The notes under the pieces are model-generated. The model ran no database searches, was not told the DNA's origin, and was given only the letters and a program-made list of their open reading frames with translations. The translations under genes were made by a program, and so were the position numbers. DNA of 64,000 bases from Malacoraja senta. Taxonomy: Eukaryota. The stretch spans positions 18,168,001 through 18,232,000 of the forward strand of contig CM075990.1 of assembly GCA_038087875.1 (NCBI GenBank). Reading direction: 5' to 3'. Shown here piece by piece: positions 11,123 to 22,247 of this stretch; position 1 is the first letter of the stretch; each line of letters starts with the position of its first letter.

Positions 11123-11842
11123 TGGAGTTACAGGGATGTGGTCACTCCAACACCACAGGAGGCAGGCAAGTGGATCACGGTTGGGAGAGGCAAGGGGCAC
11201 AGGCAGGGACTAGAGAGTACCCCGGTGGCTGTACACCTTGACAGCAAGTACTCCTGTTTGAGCACTGTTGGGGTGGACAGCCTACCTGGGGGTAGTGACA
11301 GCGGCCGGGCCTCCGGTATAGAGACCGGCCCTGTTGCTCAGAAGGGCAAGGAAAAGAAGAGGAGGGCAATACTAATAGGGGACTCTATAGTTGGGGGGTC
11401 AGACAGGCGATTCTGTGGACGCAGTCGGGAGACCCGGATGGTAGTTTGCCTCCCTGGTGCCAGGGTCTGTGATGTGTCTCAACGTGTCCAAGATATCCTG
11501 AAAGGGCAGGGAGAGGAGCCCGAGGTCATGGTACATATAGGTACCAATGACATAGGTAAAAAAAGAGAAGAGGTCCTGATAGGAGAATTTAGGGCGTTAG
11601 GAGGGGAGTTAAAGAGAAGGACAGCAAAGGTAACAATCTCGGGATTACTGCTTGTGCCATGGAGGATAAATGCGTGGCTGAAGGACTGGTGCAGAAGGCA
11701 GGGATTCAAATTTCTGGATCATTGGGACCTCTTTTGTGGAAGGTTCGACCTGTACAAAAAGGATGGTTTGCACTTGAACCTGAGGGGGACCGATATCCTG
11801 GCGGGGAGATCTGCAAAGGCTACTGGGGAGACTTTAAACTAG
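11123..11842 (+). pseudogene. CR1 ORF1p fragment with SGNH esterase domain (N-terminally truncated)
   Basis: LIGDSIV, CLPGARV, HIGTND and DGLHLN match SGNH blocks I/II/III/V. The frame begins at the insertion junction (SYRDVVTP) without a natural start. Confidence 0.88.
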
Positions 11843-14593
11843 AATGGTTGGGGGGAGGGACTCAAATAGAGAATGCTATTAGACAGTGTGTGAGGCAGGA
11901 GGCAGAGAAGGAAAGCACTCAGACCCAACATGTAGGGGGGAAAGAAGAAAACAACAATAAACAGAGAATAAGAGGTGGTGGGGTTCTTAAATGGGTGAGC
12001 AGAGAAACAGAGGGGTGTAAAATGCGGGCGGAAGCAATAGGTAGCAAGGTGAAAAGTAAAAGTGGCAGGCAGACAAATCCAGGGCAAAAATCAAAAAGAG
12101 CCACTTTTCAACATAATTGTATAAGGGGTAAGAGCGTTGTAAAAACAAGCCTGAAGGTTTTGTGTCTCAATGCAAGGAGCATTCGTAATAAGGTGGATGA
12201 GTTGAACATGCAGATAGCAATTAATGATTATGATATAGTTGGGATCACGGAGACATGGCTCCAGGGTGACCAAGGCTGGGAGCTGAACATCCAGGGATAT
12301 TCAATATTCAGGAGGGATAGAGAGAAAGGAAAAGGAGGTGGGGTAGCGTTGCTGGTTAGAGAGGAGATTAACGCAGTGGAAAGGAAGGACATTAGCTTGG
12401 AGGATGTGGAATCGGTATGGGTAGAGCTGCGAAACACTAAGGGGCAGAAAACGCTGGTGGGTGTTGTGTACAGGCCACCTAGCAGTACTAGTGAAGTTGG
12501 GGATGGCATCAAACAGGAAATTAGAAATGCGTGCAACAAAGGCAAAACAGTTATAATGGGTGACTTCAATCTACATATAGATTGGGTGAATCAAATTGGC
12601 AGGGGTGCTGAGGAAGAGGATTTCTTGGAATGTATGCGGGATAGTTATCTAAACCAACATGTAGAGGAACCAACGAGAGAGCAGGCTATTCTAGACTGGG
12701 TATTGAGTAATGAGGAAGGGTTAGTTAGCAGTCTTGTTGTGCGTGCCCCCTTGGGCAAGAGTGACCATAATATGGTTGAGTTCTTCATTAGGATGGAGAG
12801 TGACATTGTTAATTCAGAAACAACGGTTCTGAACTTAAAGAAAGGAAACTTTGAGGGTATGAGACGTGAATTGGCCAAGATTGACTGGCAATTAGTTCTA
12901 AAAGGGTTGACGGTGGATATGCAATGGAAGGCATTTAAAGACTGCATGGATGAACTACAAAAATTGTTCATCCCAGTTTGGCAAAAGAATAAATCCGGGA
13001 AGGTAGTGCATCCGTGGATAACAAGGGAAATCAGGGATAGTATCAAAGCAAAAGATGATGCATACAAATTAGCCAGAAAAAGCAGCATACCAGAGGACTG
13101 GGAGAAATTCAGAGACCAACAGAGGAGGACAAAGGGCTTAATTAGGAAAGGGAAAATAGATTATGAAAGGAAACTGGCAGGGAACATAAAAACTGACTGC
13201 AAAGGTTTTTATAGATATGTGAAGAGAAAGAGATTAGTTAAAACAAATGTAGGTCCCTTGCAGTCAGAAACAGGTGAATTGATCATGGGGAACAAGGATA
13301 TGGCGGACCCATTGAATAACTACTTTGGTTCCGTCTTCACTAAGGAAGACATAAATAATCTGCCGGAAATAGCAGGGGGCCGCGGGTCAAAGGAGATGGA
13401 GGAACTGAGTGAAATCCAGGTTAGTCGGGAAGTGGTGTTGGGTAAATTGAATGGATTAAAGGCCGATAAATCACCAGGGCCAGAGGCTGCATCCCAGAGT
13501 ACTTAAGGAAGTAGCTCCAGAAATAGTGGATGCATTAGTGATAATTTTTCAAAACTCCTTAGATTCTGGAGTAGTTCCTGAGGATTGGAGGGTAGCAAAC
13601 GTACCACATTTTGACAAGGTACCACATAAGAGATTAGGATACAAACTTAAATCACACAGTATTGGGGGTTCAGTATTGATGTGGATAGAGAACTGGCTGG
13701 CAAACAGGAAGCAAAGAGTAGGAGTAAACGGGTCCTTTTCACAATGGCAGGCAGTGACTAGTGGGGTACCGCAAGGCTCAGTGCTGGGACCCCAGCTATT
13801 TACAATTTATATTAATGATCTGGACGAGGGAATTGAAAGCAACATCTCCAAGTTTGCGGATGACACTAAGCTGGGGGGCAGTGTTAGCTGTGAGGAGGAT
13901 GCTAGGAGACTGCAAGGTGACTTTGATAGGCTGGGTGAGTGGGCAAATGTTTGGCAGATGCAGTATAATGTGGATAAATGTGAGGTTATCCACTTTGGTG
14001 GCGAAAACGGGAAGGCAGACTATTATCTAAATGGTGGCCGATTAGGAAATGGGGAGGTGCAGCGAGACCTGGGTGTCATGGTACACCAGTCCTTGAAAGT
14101 AGGCATGCAGGTGCAGCAGGCAGTGAAGAAAGCGAATGGTATGTTGGCCTTCATAGCAAGAGGATTTGAGTATAGGAGCAGGGAGGTTCTACTGCAGTTG
14201 TACAGGGTCTTGGTGAGACCACACCTGGAGTATTGCGTACAGTTTTGGTCTCCAAATCTGAGGAAGGACATTATAGCCATAGAGGGAGTGCAGAGAAGGT
14301 TCACCAGACTGATTCCTGGCATGTCAGGACTTTCATATGAAGAAAGACTGGATAGACTTGGCTTATACTCGCTAGAATTTAGGAGATTGAGAGGGGATCT
14401 TATAGAAACGTACAAAATTCTTATGGGGTTGGACAGGCTAGATGCAGGAAGATTGTTCCCGATGTTGGGGAAGTCCAGGACAAGGGGTCACAGCTTAAGG
14501 ATAAGGGGGAAATCCTTTAAGACCGAGATGAGGAAAAACGTTTTCACACAGAGTGGTGAATCTCTGGAACTCTCTGCCACAGAGGGTAGTTGA
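11843..14593 (+). pseudogene. CR1 ORF2 (APE endonuclease + RT), frameshifted at ~13484 and with an internal RT deletion
   Basis: ORFs 11659..13506 (CLNARS, ITETWL, GGGVA, YRPP, MGDFN, SDHN) and 13526..14593 (GVPQGSVLGP, FADD). The sequence reads ccaga-ggctg here versus ccagataggctg in copy 2. Confidence 0.92.
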
Positions 14594-14787
14594 CGCCAGT
14601 TCATTGGCTATATTTAAGAGGGAGTTAGATGTGGCCCTTGTGGCTAAAGGGATCGGGGGGTATGGAGAGAAGGCAGGTACGGGATACTGAGTTGGATGAT
14701 CAGCCATGATCATATTGAATGGCGGTGCAGACTCGAAGGGCCGAATGGCCTACTCCTGCACCTATTTTCTATCTATCTATCTATCTA

Positions 14788-15152
14788 ATTCTATCACCCT
14801 GAAGCAACGAAATCCTGGAATATTTAGTTTCCAATCACAGCCATCCTGCAACCATGTTTCACTGATCGCCACAACATCATACTTCCCGGTGTCAATCCAG
14901 GCTCTAAGCTCATCCACCTTTCTTACAATGCTCCTAGCATTTAAATATACACATTTAAGAAACCCACCACCTCTTATTCTCTGTTTATTATCTTTTTCTT
15001 CTTTGTCCCCTACATGTTGGGTCCGAGTGCTTCCCTTCTCTGCCTCCTGCCTCGCACCCTGACTACTAGCTTTCCCTATTCGAGTCCCTCCCCCCAACCG
15101 TTCTAGTTTAAAGTCTCCCCAGTTGCCTTTGCAAATCTCCCCGCCAGGATAT
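14788..15152 (-). mobile_element. CR1 LINE 'A' 5'-truncated end (end of ORF1 plus start of the ORF2 endonuclease); same insertion as 9414-11122
   Basis: ORF 14777..15097 reads FLKCVYLNARSIVRKVDEL...VAISETWL, the APE N-terminus. Bounded by TSD TGGCGTT at 15153-15159, matching 9407-9413. Confidence 0.88.
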
Positions 15153-15168
15153 TGGCGTTGAACGTTAC

Positions 15169-15253
15169 GGGGTCTGAATGATGATCTCGTCCCAAAATGT
15201 CACCTGTTCCTTCTCACCAGAGATGCTGCCTGACCCGCTGAGTTACTCCAGCT
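15169..15253 (+). mobile_element. Degenerate Penelope-like/hammerhead-type repeat fragment (also at 32963-33047)
   Basis: ggggtctgaatgatgatctcgtcccaaaatgtcacctgttccttctcaccagagatgctgcctgacccgctgagttactccagc; same family as 8645-8835. Confidence 0.6.
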
Positions 15254-18200
15254 CGTTGTCTCACCATACATTTGGGTGCATCTACATTGTTACTATCCAT
15301 TTCTTCAGTACTCTCGGTTATACTCTCATCCTTGGCTCTGCTCTTGGCCTTTCCACCCTGACTTGACAATTTTTGACTGAAAATCTGGGGGGTTGAGTTT
15401 TTCCAGGTATTTTTAACCAACTGGACACCATTAAATGTTTGTTTATATAGAACGTTTCAATGTCCACGTGTAGAGTACTGCATCAGGCAACAAGGTTGGG
15501 AGAACACTTGTGAAATTTAATGTGTATTTGATGGGGTAACTGGGGTGTTGATGTGCTTGTCAATTGCAAGTCAGTGCTGGAGCAACTCGATGGGTCCAGC
15601 AATGTCACTGGAGAATATGGATTGGTAATTCTGGGTTGGGACTCTTCAGACCCTTAAGAATTTTAGTCTAAATATATTCGACTACCTTAATATTGGTCCA
15701 ACCTGTAGGAGTCCTGACTGCAGAGACACAATGGTCCTGGTTGGAGATACATCTCCAGGCATTGTCCACATGTCCAAGTGTTGTTACCTTGAGGACTAGA
15801 ATCTTCCCACCCAGGACTGTCTGACCCACTGAGTTACTCCAGCACTTTGTCTAATTGTAGAGAAGGACGTTGGAACATTTCAAACAGTAAAATGTTATGT
15901 TAATTTGATTTTTCAGCATCAAGTCTTCCTGGATTTGGTCATTCTGGAAGTCATAGGAAGGTAAGGTACCTATTTCTAACTCTCTTCAGTTCAATGGGAT
16001 AAATGTGTTAAATTATTGATGGCTTTTCAAAATTTGTTTCTTCAACATCGAGGAGCTTGAAGTCTCTGGTAGAGACCGATGTCGGGAAGTTCCAAAGAAC
16101 GCAAAAGGTTCAACTAGACCCCAAGTGAGCTGGGATTCAACCCCCCGATGCAGGACCCCCGACACGGACGGCCTGACCGCCGGCTATGGGAGTCGAGATC
16201 GTGCGTCAACGGAAGGCTCGAGGCCCCAGACCGCGGGAGACCAAAGAAGGGAAGAGTTTGAAATTTGTGTTCTGTTGCTTTTTATTGGTATGAGTGGATG
16301 GTAAATGAAATTCCTCGAGTTGCAAACATACTTTTTTTGCAACACGAGCCACCCCATGCTTGAATCGTGAGTAAATACACAGTGTTGGAGGAACTTGGTG
16401 GGTTTGACAACCTCTGAAGAAATGGACAGATGACTCATTGGGTCAGGAGCTCTCAGTCTGAAATATGGGGGAGAGCTGGAAATGAGGTGGGGGTTGGGCA
16501 CTGCCTGACAGGTGATGGGTGGATTACAGGTGAGTGGGTGATGGGCAAATGGATGGAATAAGTGCCAAAGTCTGAAGGTGGAAGTGATGAAACATGTTGG
16601 ATAAGGACAAGAACTGTGAAATGTAAAACCAGGGTGAGGTGGAGTTGGAAGGTAAAAGGGAAATATGGGACAGTTGAGAGATGAGCACACTTACCTTCAT
16701 TAACTAAGTAATAACTAAATAGTAATAACTAAATAGTAATAACTAAATAGTAATAACTAAATAGTAATAACAACTAACTAGTCCTTTCTTGTACGCTCAT
16801 TTCTCAAACAGTTCCATATTCCCTCTATCCATTCCACCCATCTCTCTCCTAGTTTCATATTTCCGTTCTCTGCTTATTTGGCATTTTGTCCCTTTCACCT
16901 TGAGCCTTTGGCACTCACTCCATCCATATGCTAATCACGCCTCACATGTACCACCTATTTACTTGCTGGCTTTGTCCTGCATGCCTCTGCATCTTTTCAC
17001 TCTCTCATCAGTCTTTGGAAGGTTGCTGACCTGAGATGTCATCTGTCCATTCCACTTGCAGTTAGGCAGATTGTGCCTGTACTGCTGAATGCCTCCAGCA
17101 CTTTGTCTTTGGACAGAGCCATGTTCCCTGGTTGTAGTTGGCTCCTGTTACAGGGAAAATAGAGTTTAATATTTTTGACTGGAGCTCTGTGGGATTGGGT
17201 TTTTCCAGGTATTTTTAACCATCTGGACACCACTGAATGTTTGTTTATATCTAATATCTAACGTTTAAATGTCCACGTGAGGAGTAAGGCATCGGGCAAC
17301 AAGGTTGGGAGAACACTTGTGAAATATAATGGGTATTTGATGTAACTGGGGTGTTGCTGTGCTTGTAAATTGTGTCAGTGCTGGAGCAACTCGATGGGTA
17401 CAGCAACATCGCTGGGGAACATGGATTGGTAATTCTGGGTAGGGACTCTTCAGACCTTAATCTCTTGAGCTAGTCTAAATATATTCGACTACATTAATAT
17501 TGGTCCAACCTGTAGGAGTCCTGACTGCAGAGACACAATGGTCCTAGTTGGAGATACATCTCCAGGCATTGTCCACATGTCCAAGTGCTTTTACCTTGAG
17601 GACTAGAATCTTCTCACCCAGGACTGTCCGACCCACTGAGTTACTCCCGCACTTTGTCTAATTGTAGAGAAGGATGTTGGAACATTTCAAACATTAAAAT
17701 GTTATGTTAATTTGATTTTTCAGCATCGTCATCCTGGATTTGGTCTTTATGGATGTCATAGGAAGATATGGTACCTATATCTAACCCTCTTCAGTTTAAT
17801 GGGGTAAATGTGTTAAATTATTGATGGCTTTTCCAAAATTGTTTCTTTAACATCGAGGAGCTCGCAGTTTCTGGTATAGACTGATGTCGGGAAGCTCCAA
17901 AGAATGCAAAAGGTTCGACTAGACCCCGAGTGAGCTGGGATTGAACTCCCCGATGCAGGACCCCCGACACGGACGGCCCGACCGCTGGCTACGGGAGTCA
18001 AGATCGTGCCGTCAACGGGAGGCTCGAGGCAGACCAAAGAAGGGAAGAGTTTGAACTTTGTGTTCTGTTGCATTTTATTGGTATGAGTGTATGGTAAATG
18101 AAATTCCTCGTGTTGCAAAGCATACTTTTTTTGCAACGAGCCACCCCATGCTTGAATCGTGAGTAAATACAGTGCTGGAAGAACTTGGTGGGTTTGACTA

Positions 18201-19434
18201 CCTCTGAAAAATGGACAGGTGACTAATTGGGTCCGGAGCTCTCAGTCTGAAATACGGGGGAGAGATGGAAATGAGGTGGGGGTTGGGCACTGCCTGACAG
18301 GTGATGGGTGGATTACAGGTGAGTGGGTGATAGGCAAATGGATGGAGTAAAGGCTGGAGGTGGAAGTGATCAAACATGTTGGATAAGGACAAGAACTCTG
18401 AAATGTGAACCAGGGTGAGGTGGGGTTGGTAGGTAAAAGTGAAATATGGGACAAGGAGTTGAGAGATGAGCGTACTTCCCTTCATTAACTAAGTAATAAC
18501 TAATTAATAATAACTAAATAATTATAACTAAGTAACAACTAAATAATAACAACTAAATAATAACAACTAACTAGCCCTTTCTTGTACGATCATCTCTCAA
18601 AAACAGTCCCATATTCCCTCTATCTCTTCCACCCATCTCTCTCCTAGTTTCATATTTCAGTTCTACTTATTTGGCATTTTGTCCCTTTCACCATGAGCCT
18701 TTGGCACTCACTCCATGCATATGCTAATCACACCTCACATGTACCATCTATTTACTTGCTGGCTTTGTCCTTCGTGCCTCTGCCTCTTTTCACTCTCGTT
18801 CATCAGTCTGAGGAAGGTTGCTGACCTGAGATGTCATCTGTCCATTCCACTTGCAGTCAGGCAGATTGTGCCTGTACTGCTGAATGCCTCCAGCACTTTG
18901 TCTTTGGACAGAGCCATGTTCCCTGGTTGTAGTTGGCTCCTGTTACAGGGAAAGTAGAGTTTAATATTTTTGACTGAAGCTCTGGGGGGTTGGGTTTATC
19001 CAGGTATTTCTAACCATCTGGACACCACTGAATGTTTGTTTATATCTAATGTTTAAATGGCCACATGAAGAGTAAGGCATCGGGCAACACGGTTGTGAGG
19101 ACACTTGTGAAATATAATGGGTATTTGATATAACTGGGGGGTTGCCGTGCTTGTAAATTGATCAGTGGTGGAGCAACTCGATGGGTACAGCAACATCGCT
19201 GGAGAACATGGATTGGTAATTCTGGGTTGGGAATCTTCAGACCTTACTCTCTTGAGGTAGTCTAAATATATTCGACTACCATAATATTGGTCCAACCTGT
19301 AGGAGTCCTGACTGCAGAGACACAATGGTCCTGGTTGGAGATACAACTCCAGGCATTGTCCAAGTGTTTTACCTTGAGGACTAGAATCTTCTCACCCAGG
19401 ACTGTCCTACGCACTGAGTGGGTCGGACAGTCCT

Positions 19435-19934
19435 TGTGATTGAGGCAGTGCAGCGTAGGTTCACGAGATTGATCCCTGGGATGGCGGGACTGTCATATGA
19501 GGAAAGATTGAAAAGTCTAGGCTTGTATTCACTGGAGTTTAGAAGGATGAGGGGGGGGGGGGTCTTATAGAAACATATAAAATTATAAAAGGACTGGACA
19601 AGCTAGATGCAAGAAAAATGTTCCCAATGTTAGGCGAGTCCAGAACCAGGGGCCGCAGTCTTAGAATAAAGGGGAGGTCATTTAAGACTGAGGTGAGAAA
19701 AAACGTTTTCACCCAGAGTTGTGAATTTATGGAATTCCCTGCCACAGAGGGCAGTGGAGGCCAAATCACTGGATGGATTTAAGAGAGAGTTGGATAGAGC
19801 TCCACGGGCTAGTGGAGTCGAGGGATATGGGGAGAAGGCATGCAATGGTTATTGATAGGGGATGATCACAATGAATGGCGGTGCTGGCTCGAAGGGCCGA
19901 ATGGCATCCTCGTGCACCTATTTTCTATGTTTCT
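19435..19934 (+). mobile_element. CR1 3' fragment (copy of 3956-4456)
   Basis: Same sequence and junctions, in HOR copy 2. Confidence 0.93.
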
Positions 19935-21746
19935 AAGTTACTCCCACACTTTGTCTAATTGTAGAGAAGGAAGTTGGAACATTTCAAACATTAAAATGTT
20001 ATGTTAATTTGATTTTTCAGCATCAAGTGTACCTGGATTTGGTCTTTATGGATGTCATAGGAAGGTAAGGCACATATTTCTAACTCTCTTCAGTTTAATG
20101 GAATAATTGTGTTACATTATTGATGGCTGTTCCAAATTTGTTTCTTCAACATCGAGCAGCTCGCAGTCTCTGGTAGAGACCGATGTCGGGAAGCTCCAAA
20201 GAACGCAAAAGGTTCGACTAGACCCCGAGTGAGCTGTGATTGAACCCCCCGATGCAGGACCCCCGACACGGACGGCCCGACTGCCGGCTACGGGAGTCAA
20301 GATTTTCCCGTCAACGGAAGACTCGAGGCCCCAGACTGCGGGAGACCAAAGAAGGGAAGAGTTTGAACTTTGTGTTCTGTTGCTTTTTATTGGTATGAGT
20401 GGATGGTAAATGAAATTCCTTGTGTTGCAAACATACATTTTTTGCAACACGTGCCACCCCATGCTTGAATCGTGAGTAAACAGTGCTGGAGGAACTTGGT
20501 GGGTTTGACAACCTCTGAATAAACGGACAGATGACTCATCGGGTCGGGAGCTCTCAGTCTGAAATACAGGGGAGAGCTGGAAATGAGGTGGGGGTTGGGC
20601 ACTGCCTGACAGGTGATGGGTGGATTACAGGTGAGTGGGTGATAGGCAAATGGATGGAGTAAAGGCTGGAGGTGGAAGTGATCAAACATGTTGGATAAGG
20701 ACAAGAACTCTGAAATGTGAACCAGGGTGAGGTGGGGTTGGTAGGTAAAAGTGAAATATGGGACAAGGAGTTGAGAGATGAGCGTACTTCCCTTCATTAA
20801 CTAAGTAATAACTAATTAATAATAACTAAATAATTATAACTAAGTAACAACTAAATAATAACAACTAAATAATAACAACTAACTAGCCCTTTCTTGTACG
20901 ATCATCTCTCAAAAACAGTCCCATATTCCCTCTATCTCTTCCACCCATCTCTCTCCTAGTTTCATATTTCAGTTCTACTTATTTGGCATTTTGTCCCTTT
21001 CACCATGAGCCTTTGGCACTCACTCCATGCATATGCTAATCACACCTCACATGTACCATCTATTTACTTGCTGGCTTTGTCCTTCGTGCCTCTGCCTCTT
21101 TTCACTCTCGTTCATCAGTCTGAGGAAGGTTGCTGACCTGAGATGTCATCTGTCCATTCCACTTGCAGTCAGGCAGATTGTGCCTGTACTGCTGAATGCC
21201 TCCAGCACTTTGTCTTTGGACAGAGCCATGTTCCCTGGTTGTAGTTGGCTCCTGTTACAGGGAAAGTAGAGTTTAATATTTTTGACTGAAGCTCTGGGGG
21301 GTTGGGTTTATCCAGGTATTTCTAACCATCTGGACACCACTGAATGTTTGTTTATATCTAATGTTTAAATGGCCACATGAAGAGTAAGGCATCGGGCAAC
21401 ACGGTTGTGAGGACACTTGTGAAATATAATGGGTATTTGATATAACTGGGGTGTTGCCGTGCTTGTAAATTGATCAGTGGTGGAGCAACTCGATGGGTAC
21501 AGCAACATCGCTGGAGAACATGGATTGGTAATTCTGGGTTGGGAATCTTCAGACCTTACTCTCTTGAGGTAGTCTAAATATATTCGACTACCATAATATT
21601 GGTCCAACCTGTAGGAGTCCTGACTGCAGAGACACAATGGTCCTGGTTGGAGATACAACTCCAGGCATTGTCCAAGTGTTTTACCTTGAGGACTAGAATC
21701 TTCTCACCCAGGACTGTCCTACGCACTGAGTGGGTCGGACAGTCCT

Positions 21747-22247
21747 TGTGATTGAGGCAGTGCAGCGTAGGTTCACGAGATTGATCCCTGGGATGGCGGG
21801 ACTGTCATATGAGGAAAGATTGAAAAGTCTAGGCTTGTATTCACTGGAGTTTAGAAGGATGAGGGGGGGGGGGGGTCTTATAGAAACATATAAAATTATA
21901 AAAGGACTGGACAAGCTAGATGCAAGAAAAATGTTCCCAATGTTAGGCGAGTCCAGAACCAGGGGCCGCAGTCTTAGAATAAAGGGGAGGTCATTTAAGA
22001 CTGAGGTGAGAAAAAACGTTTTCACCCAGAGTTGTGAATTTATGGAATTCCCTGCCACAGAGGGCAGTGGAGGCCAAATCACTGGATGGATTTAAGAGAG
22101 AGTTGGATAGAGCTCCACGGGCTAGTGGAGTCGAGGGATATGGGGAGAAGGCATGCAATGGTTATTGATAGGGGATGATCACAATGAATGGCGGTGCTGG
22201 CTCGAAGGGCCGAATGGCATCCTCGTGCACCTATTTTCTATGTTTCT
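21747..22247 (+). mobile_element. CR1 3' fragment (copy inside the 2.3-kb duplication)
   Basis: ORF 21730..22095 gives the CR1 ORF2 C-terminal peptide; same junctions. Confidence 0.93.

Larger units (their letters stand above)
11123..14787 (+). mobile_element. Chimeric, 5'-truncated CR1 LINE (ORF1 esterase + ORF2 APE/RT) ending in (TCTA)5
   Basis: ORF1 SGNH motifs, ORF2 APE and RT motifs, 3' UTR gaatggcggtgcagactcgaagggccgaatggcctactcctgcacc, and tail at 14768-14787. Confidence 0.95.
1..15478. repeat. Subtelomeric higher-order repeat, copy 1 (15,478 bp, phase set by window start)
   Basis: The sequence at 1 (tgcatcaggcaacaaggttggg) recurs at 15479 and 33273. ORF-track entries recur at +15478 (706->16184) and +33272 (706->33978) with identical translations. 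Confidence 0.97.

Noticed and set aside
9414..11993. Twin-priming 5' inversion of a single CR1
   Set aside because: The TSD pairs 9407-9413 with 15153-15159, so the true 5' end of the minus element is at 15152 and the + strand segment is a separate insertion.
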